From positions 558,001-622,000 of the forward strand of contig JASVEC010000011.1 in the NCBI GenBank assembly GCA_030770535.1: a DNA stretch of 64,000 nt. The letters run 5' to 3'. The translations under genes were made by a program, and so were the position numbers. This stretch comes from Batkoa obscura (lineage: Eukaryota). Below the pieces are notes generated by a model that worked only from the letters and a program-made list of their open reading frames with translations, was not told the DNA's origin and ran no database searches. This document shows, in pieces, positions 1-12,955 of the stretch (within the stretch, counting starts at the first letter, position 1; every line of letters starts with the position of its first letter).

Positions 1-201
1 TAACTTGTAATAAAATAATTTAAAACTGTATCGGGTACTTTTGGTCTTTAAATAATTTATTTTTATAGAATTTTAAGCAAAGTTTTTAAAATATTTTATA
101 TTTAGAAATTGGATAAAATAATGAAACCAATTGAACATTTCCCATTTGATAAAAAATAACAATCCCAATTAACTTTCAAAAAAAATCAGAGTTTAAAAAT
201 A

Positions 202-274
202 TGCTCCGTATAGGGCTTGAACCTATGACCTTAGCGTTATTAGCACCACGCTCTGCCAACTGAGCTAACGGAGC
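202..274 (-). tRNA. tRNA-Ile (anticodon AAT)
   Basis: Reverse complement GCTCCGTTAGCTCAGTTGGCAGAGCGTGGTGCTAATAACGCTAAGGTCATAGGTTCAAGCCCTATACGGAGCA: 73-nt cloverleaf, GGTTCAAG T-loop, anticodon loop CT-AAT-AA, T-run just downstream. Confidence 0.95.
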
Positions 275-685
275 CTGCCAAATTTGTTATATTCCTTGAG
301 TAAAAAGACATAAATAAACTACACTTTAGATGACTGCTAAATGTTCTTTAATTAGGATAAATTATTTATAATAACCCTCTGATGGATTGATAATTTATTG
401 TATCGAAGAATGGAACTGTTGATATTTAAAACTGGAAAAACTTAAAAATCAATAAAATTGGGATAAACGCTTTTCAATGTGACTTTAGATTAATCAAATT
501 AGTGTGCATCGGAAGAATGGAACAATTAATTCTAAAATTGAAGGAGTTGAAAATCATAGTTAAGTTTAGGATAAATTGAGGTCTGCCGGTGATGAAGTTA
601 GGTGAATGGAAAAGATAATTTTTGAGAAGAGATGATAATGTATATTCTTAACAAAAGTTAAATTAGAATAGTTAAAGTTATTAAT

Positions 686-686
686 A

Positions 687-714
<28 letters not shown>
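686..714. repeat. (AAT)n microsatellite
   Basis: About nine consecutive AAT units. Confidence 0.85.
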
Positions 715-717
<3 letters not shown>

Positions 718-1671
718 TTAAGGGTTTGATTTTTTGCTAATTTAATTTAATTTTATAATAATGGCTTTTAAACCAAATTAATTAGTAGTGAGCTTTAACT
801 CATCGTTTATAAAATTTAGAGTGCCATTAAAGCAAAAATATCCACTTTTTTTACACTGTTAATGAATTTCAACCTCTGTTTTAATTTTATACGACCTATT
901 TTAAGGCCATTTTAGATAATAGTGGTTCGTTAACTTTATGTAATTTTTTTGGGTTTTTTTTAGATAATGAACAAATGAGCAATAAATAAATGTTTTTTTT
1001 TAATATGGAATAAAATCAATATGAATAAGATGAATAGTCACAACCTTCTATCGAAATACGATATTTAAAAACTATTGAGTGATTTAATAATGAGTCAAAT
1101 TCTAACCTTCTAGTTATCTGTAAATTGTAGTTTAATTAATAATTAACAAAATCCAGTATCATAAATAAATCAAAAAAATTATTAATCAAGAAACTTTATT
1201 TAGATAGTTTAAAATATATTATTACTTGATATAATTTTAGTAGTTAGAGTTTAAAAATGTGTTTAAAAAGATGTTAGAAATAACGTCAAATTGAATTTTA
1301 ACCACTTATTCAAGAAATTTTGAAATATTTAGCATAAATTTATAACTGGTATAATTAATATATTTGAAAATAATGATAGTGTTAGAACCATAAAAAGTAA
1401 TCTTACTTATTTAATTGGTAAACTTCAAGTTGATCTTTAAACTAAATAATTGATAATATTTATTATTATAAATTATTAAATAATAAATAAATAAAAAGTA
1501 TAAATATCAACAATATTGACAATTAATTTTAAATTTTAAACTTTCATTTTTGCTATTTAATTTAATTTAATTATTATTATTATCACTTCTTGTTCATATC
1601 TATTTTCATAATTATTATTTCAACATTTATAAAATAAATAATTAAATAATAACTTTCATATAATAACAAAA

Positions 1672-2406
1672 ATGAATTTATTCACCATAAAATCCCACTC
1701 TAATATATCAACCACAGTCTCACATACTAGTATGAGTGCTCAAAATCATTTAAGCTATATCTTCAATTTTGGTAACAAATTGAAGAAGCGTAATAGTATT
1801 TCTCAACTTAGTGAAAAAGAAATTGAAGTATATTCAACTTCCTCACCAACTTCGGAAGATCCAACTACTTTAATGACAATTCAATCTTATAATTCCACAT
1901 TAGAACCAGAAGATGTACTTCCTTTATATCAATGTAGTTTAAATAAAGAAGGTATTGTGTTATTAAAATGGGAAAAAATTCAATCGAAAAAAATGAATAA
2001 ACATTGGAATACAACTAATTTAAAAGTGACTGGGACCTTAATTACTTCTCAATGGATACCTACTAAGTCTTGGTTAACTGGAATTTTTAAGAATAATAAA
2101 AATTCAAAACAAGATAAGGTCAATGATGATACACCGGTACCTCAAAGTAAACCTTCCTATATACAAAAGTGGGATGTAGAAGGTATGAAAGTTATTGCTG
2201 CACCTGATGTTAATGATCGAATGACTTTTAGAGTAGTATTTAAAAATGGGGATTGTTGTTTAATTCGTGCTAATAAATTAAAAGAAGCTCAAGCTTGGGT
2301 TGATACTTTACAATCTTCAGCTAATATTGCTGATGATTTGGATCTTAGGATTTCTCCTGTATTTTATACACTACCTAGATCAAGGGTTAGGTATAGAGGT
2401 TTATAA
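1672..2406 (+). CDS. PH-domain protein, fungal YHR131C-like family
   Basis: Single-exon 244-aa ORF. LPLYQCS..KEG..K.E start, C-terminal PH helix EAQAWVDTLQ, then ANIADDLDLR..P...TLPR, as recalled for this family. Confidence 0.65.
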   Translation: MNLFTIKSHSNISTTVSHTSMSAQNHLSYIFNFGNKLKKRNSISQLSEKEIEVYSTSSPTSEDPTTLMTIQSYNSTLEPEDVLPLYQCSLNKEGIVLLKWEKIQSKKMNKHWNTTNLKVTGTLITSQWIPTKSWLTGIFKNNKNSKQDKVNDDTPVPQSKPSYIQKWDVEGMKVIAAPDVNDRMTFRVVFKNGDCCLIRANKLKEAQAWVDTLQSSANIADDLDLRISPVFYTLPRSRVRYRGL

Positions 2407-2775
2407 TTATATATATAGTATTTATATTCTCTTTTTTTTGTATTATAAAAGTTAGTTAATAAATTATATATTTGATTTATTTTAATATTTTCTATTTTTT
2501 TATAATGTAATTTAAAACCACTAATGCTATTTAATTATTCATTTATTCTATAAATCTATATCATTTATTATAACAAAAGTGAACGAGTTATTATAAATAA
2601 AAGCAAATTATAATCAAAGCTTACCCCAATTATCATTTAATAATTATTACTATCAACTGTTTCATTTAATTTATGTAGCTAATGAATAATTTTATTATAA
2701 AATAAAATAAAAATAAGAATAAAAAAGCTATATATAAATAGAAGCGAATTATAAGATAACAAATCAATTCAATTT

Positions 2776-3442
2776 TTAAACATCCACAAACTCATCATAA
2801 CTTTGAGAAGTTTCCCTTTCTCTTTTATCATTTAATTTAAGTTTAATCTTTGTATTTTCTTTCATTTTCCTTGGACTATTACTAAACATTACACTATTGA
2901 TCTTTTTTTCCATTTTAGCTTTTTCCTTATCTAATCGACTCTAAAAAAAACCAATATCTTTAATTTCTTTTCAAAAACTCTTTTTTCTTTTATTTCTTTA
3001 CTTACCTCCAAATCTGTTGCCCCAGATAACGTAAATATTCTATCTTCCAATTCAATCCCATTTTTTTGTTTTTTCAAATTATTAAACCCATTAAAAGTAG
3101 TAGTTGTTGAGCTAGTTGGTTCTAATAAATATTGATCAAATCCTTTAATGACATTACCGCTAAACTTAGTATCTTCTAAATAACTCGTTTCTAGTCCATA
3201 GATTTTACTCTCAATTTCTTCCTATAGAGGGATTATTATTAGATTTATACATTTCTCTTTAAGTTGTAATATGAAATTACCAATGAAAGCAATATACGGT
3301 TTTTATTTTTTATTAAATCATTTAATTCATGTTCTTCCTTTTTAATCTCTTTGATAGCAAGCTATGAAATTTGTTTAGTTTATTGTTTAAAATATTGATA
3401 TTGATATTGATATAAAATTACTTGTCTTTCTCTGGCTTCCAT
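2776..3442 (-). CDS. EAF6: Chromatin modification protein Eaf6 (NuA4/NuA3 subunit), 4 exons
   Basis: Manual splicing at GT-AG introns gives MEARERQ/LAIKEIKKEEHELNDL../EEIESKIYGLETSYLEDTKFSGNVIKGFDQYL..EDRIFTLS../..FVDV*. IY.LE.SYLE..GN.IKGFD and DRIF.LS are Eaf6 motifs. Missed by the ORF track. Confidence 0.88.
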
Positions 3443-3935
3443 TTGTTTTAAAAATGTTAAAAAATAAAAATAAAAATAAGAAATATTGAATTGTTGCTTA
3501 AGATGAAATTAACAATTATTGGTTAAATTAAGATTAAGCATTTTTTAAGTTATTCATTTTATTTTAGTTAGATAAAAGGATATGTAATTCTATTATTGTT
3601 AAATTTAAAACATTTTTGATAATTTACTACATTGAAATAAAGATAGCAATATAATTTTAAAAAAATACTGATTCAAAACAGAAACTCAATAAATGACTTT
3701 AAATTAAAAATTAATATATGCAACTATTTTTTGACTTTGTTCACTTTCTATAGTATAAAATTTAAAAATATCATTACTCAAGATGTTTTATAAAAAAACA
3801 AGTACTAATTTGAACTATAAAAGATCCCAAAATTAAATCCAAAAAAAGTTAAAAATCAGATTAAAAAAACTCAAAAAAAAAACTCGAAATTCAATTAACT
3901 TTATTTTCTACATATCAATCTCATCTTCACGAAAG

Positions 3936-6090
3936 ATGCGATTAACCCCTTTATTATTGAAACCACAAGTATTTCGACATTCAAATAAACCTAGTAATTT
4001 ACACTTTTTAATTGAACATAAAATAGTGAAAAAAAAGAAAAAAGAACGAATTAATCAATTAATTTCAACTAATAAAACTTTAATCAATTATTTTAAAAAT
4101 AAAGAATATCCAAAATTAATTGAATATACATTAAATGAATCAAAAAGTATAAAGTTGAAAGGAAAAGAGAATTATTTATGTCAACAATTATCTGTTTATT
4201 GTTTATTTGCATTCTTGGGATATTTTAAAAAAGGAGAATGGAAATTAGCTGAAGAGATGTTATTAAAATTATACCCGAAAGAAAAATATACAACACCAGA
4301 AAAAATAGAATTAGATATTCAACTTGAAGAAATAATTGATATTGAGAAGTATAAACAAATGCAGGCTATAATTGAACATCCAGTATTATTTCGATTATGG
4401 GTAAATAAACAAGGATTCATAAAAGAAGCAAACTATATTGTTTCAATATTAGAAAAAAATAATAGATTAGTTGAATGGGACAAAAATTATTTAATTCAAA
4501 AATCAAATTATCATATTAAAGAAAAGGAGTTTAAATTAGCCGCTAAATTGGTTGTAAAATTATATAATCAATTTGAACATTTAGATTCAGAATTATTGAG
4601 GACTTTAATCGTTAAATTAAGAATACTGGAATTTAAATTGGCATTTGAATTGACACAGATTGCTTTTAAAGAAGGAGTCAAAATTAATTTAAATATCATT
4701 AATAATATTTTATATAGATGTATTAGATTTTGTAGTGATAATGAAGATAATAATAATAATAATAATAATGTAACAATATTTTATAAACATCCATTACTAA
4801 ATGATAATAGTAATCCACAATATAAAATTCAACTAAATGAAATTTATGATTTTATAATAAAATATCAATTTGAATTAAGTAATAAATTGTTGGGATATTA
4901 TATATTACGAAGCATACAGTTAAATGGAATTAATAAAGCTTGTGAAGAATATGATGAATTAATTCAACAACATAAGAATTTAACTAAAGAAGATTTAACA
5001 ATAATTAAAGGTCAATTAATTCATGGTTTATTACAACAGAGAGATCTTAATAAAGTCAATGAATTATTAACACAAATTAATATTAATCCAATAATTCATA
5101 GTAAATTAGTTAATTATTTTATACAAAGTAAACAATATCATCAAGTAGTTTCAATTTATAATGAAAATTATCCATCACATAATATTGTTAGTTATACTTT
5201 ATTAATTAAATTAGCTTTGATTAACGAAGAAATCGAATTAGCCTTTCAATTATTAGAACAAATGAAAATGAATAATATAAAATATGATAAAACTATTTTA
5301 AATTTATTAGTTAGTTATAGTTATAAAAAGAAAGATATTAATTTAATTAAAAGAGTTTTAATTTTATTTTATCAAGATTATTATTATTTATTAAATATAA
5401 GAAGTATTAAATTATCCTTTTCAACTGCTATTTCAAATCATGATTGGGAATTTGCTTATCAATTTGAAAATCAAATCCTTCAAAATAATAATAGTATTAC
5501 CAACACTAATGACAATTCATTAAGCCCACCCTCTACAACTATAACTACAACTACAGCTGTTACTCCCACGAATAACATTGGTATTAATAATCAATTGTTA
5601 AGATTTTATATATTAACTAAAAATGAAAATTTATTACCTTTTATAAATCAAATAATTGATAATAAATTAATTAATAATAATACTTTTAATTGGATATTAT
5701 TAGCTTATTTATCTTTAAATCAATATTCAAAAACTTGGGAATTTTATTGGGAATATTTAAAACAACAAATTAGTGTAAATGTTAATAATAACATTGAAGA
5801 TAATAGTAGTATCACCAATATAACTAATAGAAACTCAACACATAATGATCATTATCATTTATATGTTTATACTTTAAATTCTATGTTACATTATTCAATT
5901 AAATTAAAACAATGGGATCATATTCAACATTTAGTTAGTTATGCTAGATTAATTGGTTATTTAGGTAATAATAATAATAATAATATAAATATAAATTAAT
6001 ATTAATCTTTTCATTATATTAGACAATGAACATCCTAACCCAACTACTAAAAATTTAATTCAAGGTTATTATACATTGTTAAATAAATAA
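3936..6090 (+). CDS. Pentatricopeptide-repeat-like protein, probably mitochondrial
   Basis: 687-aa ORF plus a short last exon after a GT-AG intron near 5965-6021. PPR-like unit NIVSYTLLIKLALINEEIELAFQLLEQMKMNNIKYD; basic N-terminus. Confidence 0.7.
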
Positions 6091-6173
6091 TCTATCCTAA
6101 TTAAATAATCTTATATAAACGCCACGCAATTTTATTTCAATTCTATTTATTACATCCAGATACATTCTCTTCT

Positions 6174-8944
6174 TTAATTCGTTAACACCTGTTGTACTTT
6201 CTTTGTAGTAGTATTACTCGTTGTTGGGGATCCCGTTAAACTAGGTTGATCAAAGCCAGCAGTATTAGCTACAAGGGAAATACAACGTAATAACATGGGA
6301 TGATTTTGTTCATCTGTAAATTCAGAACCTAACTGAGCCAATAGAGAAGAGTAAATAGCATTTAATGGTAATGCTAAATTAGGACCTGGGAAATGGGCTT
6401 TTTCCATTAATATACGATAACATAAATTAGCTTTGGACGAGTTTTCATCGGTACTGATTTTAGCATGGAGAGAGGCTGTGACTGCTCGAATCGTTTGAAG
6501 GTAAACATGATCTAAAAAGGAATGAAAATGAGTTTTGTGAATTAAAACGTTAGATAATAAGCTTACCAGAACTATTAGAGGCATGAGTAAATGCATCGGA
6601 ATAAAGATGTGCAATATTAGCTAAAATAGATAATAAATTTTTGCCTTTGATGGAAAAAAATAATAAATCATAAATTAAGCATCTTATTGAAAACATATCT
6701 TGAGTAGCTAAACTTAAAGCAGAGAAGATACGTGTTAAGGAACTAAAATTATAATAAATTAATAAAAATAATAAATTATTTAAAAAAATAAAACTTACAT
6801 TGTATATCCTCTATCTTCTTTTGTTTGACAACCAATAACAATCAAATTATTTGTAAGTTGAAATAATTGAGGTAAGATGGGTAGCTAAATATAAACAATT
6901 AAATAAAATAATTAATATATTGATTTAAATAAAATATTAGTGTTTTTTACCTTTGGAAATTTAATGGACATTGTAAGTAAATAAATACTAATTTTTCTTT
7001 CCCAAAGTAATAGTTGAGTTGGTATATTTCTACGATAACTTTCATCAATAATAATAGTTTCTAAATCGGAACAAGTAGAAGGTAAAGTAGAATCAAGGAT
7101 GGGTGATTGAATAGAAAAAGATCTAATAATCGTCAATAAAGAATTAAAAAAAGTTAATAAATTTGTTGAATTTAAATCAGTAAAATGTGAAAACAATTGA
7201 GAATTCATAACTTTTTTGCCATCCGAAATTAAATTCAATGCATGAGAAATAGAAGCTTCATCTGAGATATACATTTTTGGTGAATTACTTATTTGTTGAT
7301 TAAATTTCTTTTCAAATTTACCATTCCATAAACAATCAGATGTAAAGTTTTTGTCAAATTCCAAACTGTTTTTTTTAAATAAAATTGGATCTTGAAACAA
7401 TTCTTCTTCAAATAAGTTAGGTTCAATAAAATTAAATATTTGTAATGAACTACTAGTGGTGGAAGCAGAATCAAATTCAGAATTTGATTGAGTAAATCCT
7501 CGTGGTGAGCCTACAACATTCATTTCATTCATTGGTGTTTGTAATTCAGAACTACAAATTAACTCTTCGCTTCTCATTCTTTTGGTTTTCATTGGTTCTC
7601 GTTCAATTAAAGTACTCTCATTACTACTCATAATACTTTGAACATCTTTATCATTTGATGTAGTACTAGTATTATTACTATTATTGTTATTATCATTATT
7701 ATTATTATTATTAGTGTCTTTAACTAATAATTCTGCTTTCATACTAGAGATCTGTTCTTGATGAGCAATTGCTAAACTTTCCAAATAGTTTTTTGTTTTA
7801 TTAATCAATTCTAAATTTTCACTAATTTCTTTAACTTTAGTAATTAAATTACTAATACTTTCACTCACTTCTTGATCACTATTGATCAATCCTGCTTCAA
7901 TTAATTGTTGAAAGCAATTAATCACAATATTCTTATTCATATCAATATTTAATATTAAATTCTTAATTAAATACGACTTTTGTTTCCTTGTTTTTGGTTT
8001 CACTTTATAAGGAAATCCTACGTTTGATTGTGGAATGGTATTGGTGGCAGCAGAGCTATTACCTGCTATACTAGGGGTGCCAATAACAGATAAGATTAAT
8101 ATCTTTAATTTTTTAATCAATGGAAAGAGTGGGGAATCAAGAGGAAGTATAGCTTCTTTATCATTTAATATCTGAGTAGGATTCAATAAAGCGTTATCTA
8201 AGATAGTCACTTCTTCCTGATATTTACCAACTTGGATATAATTTTTATCTAATTTATAATAATTATTTTGTAACTCTAAATGGCTCTCTTTACTCATACT
8301 ACCCTTATTTAATAAGGCTGCTTCTAAACTTTTGATCCTTTGGTCTCTATAAAAAATATGAAGTTAATAAATTTCTATTCCTTAAATTAATTTAATGTTA
8401 ACTACTTACTTTTCACCTAACTCTTTATTAAGTCGATTGATTTCCCTAACTTGGAAGGAATTTTTTGCTTGTGAAATTTGGTTCTCTTTCACTTTAGACT
8501 CCAACGTAGTTTTAATATTCTAAAAAAAAGAAGTCCATTAAACACCGTCACTTTAAAAAAGAATACAAATCATCGTACCTCCAATGACGTGATCTTAACA
8601 TTAAGAGCCTTAACTTCCTCAACCTTTAAATTCAAACTAGCCATAGCATTAGCTGACGTTTCCAATAAAGTGAAATATTGATTTTGAAGAACTGAAGCTT
8701 GAGCAAACATTTCATCCCTTTCCCTTTTTAATTTACTATATTCCACCATCATCTTATTCAAATTTTCTTTAGCCAACTTCAATGTCTTATGTAGCTCAAT
8801 ATTCTCATAATTTCTCTCCTGTAACATTTTTAAGATCATAGCATCTTCAAATATATTTCCTTTTAGTTTTTGTAAGTTGACTTGACTAGCTGCAACTGGT
8901 GGTTTATTTTTGGAACTTGACTTGGTACTCATCTCTGGTGGCAT
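6174..8944 (-). CDS. Multi-exon protein with N-terminal coiled coil and helical C-terminal domain (possibly ICE1-like)
   Basis: ORF pieces 8570-8944, 6912-8297 and 6174-6614 are joined by short GT-AG introns. The spliced C-terminal part reads ISLTRIFSALSLATQDMFSIRCLIYDLL..LANIAHLYSDAF. Confidence 0.7.
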
Positions 8945-9732
8945 TGTTGTTTGTAATAGTATATGATGTTAATGGTTCTATATGGAGGTGTGATTTTTTA
9001 TGAAAGTTATCTATTTATTACTCTTCTATGACTCGATTTTGTTGGAACTCAAGTTACTCTCGCCTCGTAATTCCTGTCTTTTTGAGAAAAACCAAAATTC
9101 AATGTATGAAGAAATTCCTTAATTAAGCTTCCAAATCGAAACGAAGGTAAAAGCCAGGTTTCACTTAGTTGACCCAATGATTGATTCAGTGAGAATAGGT
9201 TAAGTATTTTATTGGTAGAGTGGAAAACCAGCCGACTGTAGCACGAAAGCTGATTGGTGGATTTTGTTTAAATCATTTTATCCACCTAATAATAAAAGTA
9301 AAAGTGAAAGGGTTATTCGGGTGAAAATTTAGCTGAGGAATTAGGGATAATTAAATTTGTATTGAAGGTTCAAATAATTGATTAGTGTTATTGGCAAAAG
9401 TTGTATATGAAAATTAAAGGGTAAATAGATATTTTGTATGTTTTAGATATTTATTTTTCTATCTATTTTTAAAGATGATGAGTTTGACTTTGTTTTGTTC
9501 AATGGCATAATTAATTCCTATTGGAATAAATTATTTATTTGGCTGAAATACATTAAAGAATTAGAATTGTAATCAGTTATAATTCAACATTTACTTTATT
9601 TTGGAATTACATTATTCTATATTTTGTCAATTATAAATAAACCTAAAAAAAGAATATAAATTTGATGTACTAATAATGATATTTATTTAATATAAGAAAG
9701 AAGATATATAATAAAAAGAATAATTATAGGCC

Positions 9733-11278
9733 TTAATTTTTGTACCCTTTAAAATATTTTGGTTTAGCAAATATAGGTGTTTGTGGAATAGTAAGTGCTC
9801 TTTGCGATGGCTTTGGAATAAAAAAATGATATTTTGGCATTGGTTTCGCTTTAAACTCATGTAATTTTTTTTCTGCTAAATATTGATTCAATTCCATTTT
9901 CTATAAAATAAAAGTACATTAATTAGTATGTAAAGTTAATAGAAATATACATAGAAGCTGGGCAAAGAAGGCTTAATATTAATATTTTTAACTAATTACC
10001 TAAAGTTGCTATCATTTTAATTTAAAATGAATGACACTAATATTATTACATATAAAATTTTAACATTAATATTTGCTTTCCCATGCTATAAAAAATTAAA
10101 TTACTTACCCTTTCAAGTTCCTCTTCCATTTTCCTACGTTTTTCTCTTTGTTCCATTTTTTCAAGTACTTGTAAATCAAATGTTTGTCTCCTTTTAGCTT
10201 GTTTTTCTGAATGTAATACAAATGGTTCAATTTTAGTTGGTGGTTTACTACATCTTTTAATTGGAATAGGTTTAAATTTTGGCATTGGTAAAGCAGTAAA
10301 GCTAGTTTCTTCTTCATTATCTTTCATTTGTTGTAATGATTGATGATATCGTACTCTTTCTTCAGATTGAAATCTAAATGGTTCTGGAATTGTAGGTGGA
10401 CGTGGTTCAACACCAATAATATTCTATTATTTTATTAATATCATAACATTAAATAATTAAATTAAACCTACATTTCTAACTATCCTTGGTAAAGGTAGAG
10501 CTTTAAATTTTCTAGCTTTTTCCAATTCCTCCTTTTCCTTTTCAAGTCTTCTTTGAAATCTTTCTCTTTTTCTAGCTGTAATTTCTTCACTAGCGAATTT
10601 AAATGGTATAGTTTTAGTGAGTTGTTTAGCTCTCTTTTTAATGATAGTTTTGACTCTAATATTTCTATTTGGCTGTCTATCATGATACTGTTCGTTTCGA
10701 TTTCTTTCTGTACTATGTAATTCTGAAAATCTAAACTCTTTAATTACTGTCAATGGTGTTTTCTTAACTTTGGGAACTCCAAAATCGCCACTTGAATTCA
10801 TAATTCTAGGATCAAGGGGAAGTGCTTTAAATGGTTTAACTTCTTGGACAATCGGGTTATGGTGGTGTACCTTTGCTCTTAAACTTGTTTGTAAACGTGG
10901 TGATCTAGGTTGGGTCAACTCTTTTCTCTCTAGTTTTTTAGTAGTAGTATTCTCATCACGCTTTATTCTTGGTTTAGATAAAAATCTGTCAGGTACTTCG
11001 TTGATTATTTTACGCATTCTCTCAGCCAATGGTATATAAGGCGAACCTGGTTCATTACTCTCCGATGTCACACTTGTAATTGGTTTTGACTGACGTATTG
11101 GTACACGAAATGGCTGTTTTGGAGTTGAGTTGGTATTTTGTTTAACTATTTGTTTTCGTTGTTTGATTTGATTTACAGCTTTTGAAGTAGGTTTTGCAGG
11201 TCTTGAGCCATTATGGCTACGCATCTTTCTTGGGCTGAGCTTGTCGAACATTGTTACTTGACTTGCTCCTTCCATCAT
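9733..11278 (-). CDS. TPX2-like microtubule-associated protein, 3 exons
   Basis: Repeated FKALP motifs (FKALPLDPRIM..GVPKVKKTPLTVIKEF.F; FKALPLP; FTALPMP), T.P.PF.F repeats and C-terminal HEFKAKPMPKY..PSQRALTIPQTP.F, as in TPX2. Confidence 0.78.
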
Positions 11279-12955
11279 TTTTATTCAAAAATTGTTTTGT
11301 GTTTTTATGGTAAGTTTCTTTTAGTGAAATGATCCTTTTTAAGCCAATCATCCTTTGGCTTAATTCGATATTTTAAGGGATTAAAAAGTGATCCTTGAAC
11401 CAATAAGATAACCCAGTGGAAGGATCTGATTCTTAGACTTATGTCATCTTGGTTTCAAATGGAACATATTCTTTCACAAGTAAATTTCATACAAAATGTA
11501 GTAATTATTAAGCAGAAGATACTAATAAAATAAAAGTGGCCAAAATATTTTTGAATATCAATAAAGCTGCTGCAACTCTATTTCAAAATGACTTGCTGAA
11601 ACTTTTAGAGCCCTTTATTCGATTATTTGGTTTTTTTAATGCCTAACCATTAGATTTTAGTAAAATTTTGTTCTCAAATGAACGGCCTGTTAAGTCGCAA
11701 TAGAGTTGCGACAGCTGTAATGATCCGAAAGATTCATTTAAAAATATTCATTTAAAAATATTCATTGTGAAAAATGAAACTTGTATCATAAAGACAATAT
11801 TACATATATATTTTTGAAATTACAACATAAAAAATATATGTAATATAAAATCTTAATTTCATTGTTCTCGTAATGTTTGCTATTTGTATTCATATATATA
11901 TCTTATAGTATATGCTTATATTGGTATAAAAACATAATCCAATTTAAAATCACTTGCATTTTTAAAAATTAGCACAAATACAAAGTGGCAATTTAATGAA
12001 CAAAAAGCCAATTAAAGAAACCTAACTCCTTTTCAGATGTCCTTAGAACACTCAATATTAAAAGTGAGTTGTTTAAGAGAATACGGAAGGCTGCTCCTCT
12101 GTTGGTACCTTTTGTTCCAAGTAAAGCGTAGAAAAAGATAGTTTATTTCACAGTCTTTGGATGGAATTCATAAAGTAGCAAATAGGTTGTAGAACGGAGC
12201 CTATTAAAAGTAATAATACTAGCTAGAATGAAAAATGAAACAAGTTAATCAAATGAATTTTATTGCGGTTTAAGTTACTATACTAGATTTTTATAACAAT
12301 TATATATATTTATAATTATTATTTTAAAGTAATGTAATAAATACCAAAGTTTTTAAGCTTTTTTTGTAATATTACTCATCAAATTTTCTATTTAAACTTA
12401 TTTAAGCATAAACTTAAACAGTGCTTTCTGGTGACTGTAAAAATAAGAGATGGGAATTATTTATTTTCGTACTAGGTTATGAGGGTTAAAATTAGTAGTA
12501 AAATTTATACTTGAAAATATTTCATTTAAGCTCGTTATAGAAAAGGGCTTGATACGTATATAACCCCTATCTTATCTTTAAATTTTATACCTAAAATTTT
12601 TATATTTAAATATTTTTAATAAAACCTCGGTCAGATAAATATTTAACCAAAAGATATGACAAACAAAATGCTTCCATTTAAGGGATGACGTTTCAGATTG
12701 AGCTCATAACTGCTTAATTTTCCCAAATATAGACGAGAAAGGTAAGTTATCAACACAAATAAGCGAATATTAAAATTTATCAGCATGATTAATGCAAGCG
12801 AATCGAGCCAATTAATTGTTGGATTATAGAAAGGAGCAGTTAAGCTAAAATGTAAATCCTTACAATTTTCTTGCCACTCTTTACATCAAGCAAAAAAATA
12901 TATCGCTATTAACAATTTCAACTCATATATACTAAAACTATAATTTAATATCAGG

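Noticed and set aside
11694..11712. Perfect 7-bp hairpin GTCGCAA-TAGAG-TTGCGAC and a nearby 14-bp tandem repeat
   Set aside because: Too short to assign a function; prokaryote-style terminators are not relevant in this genome.
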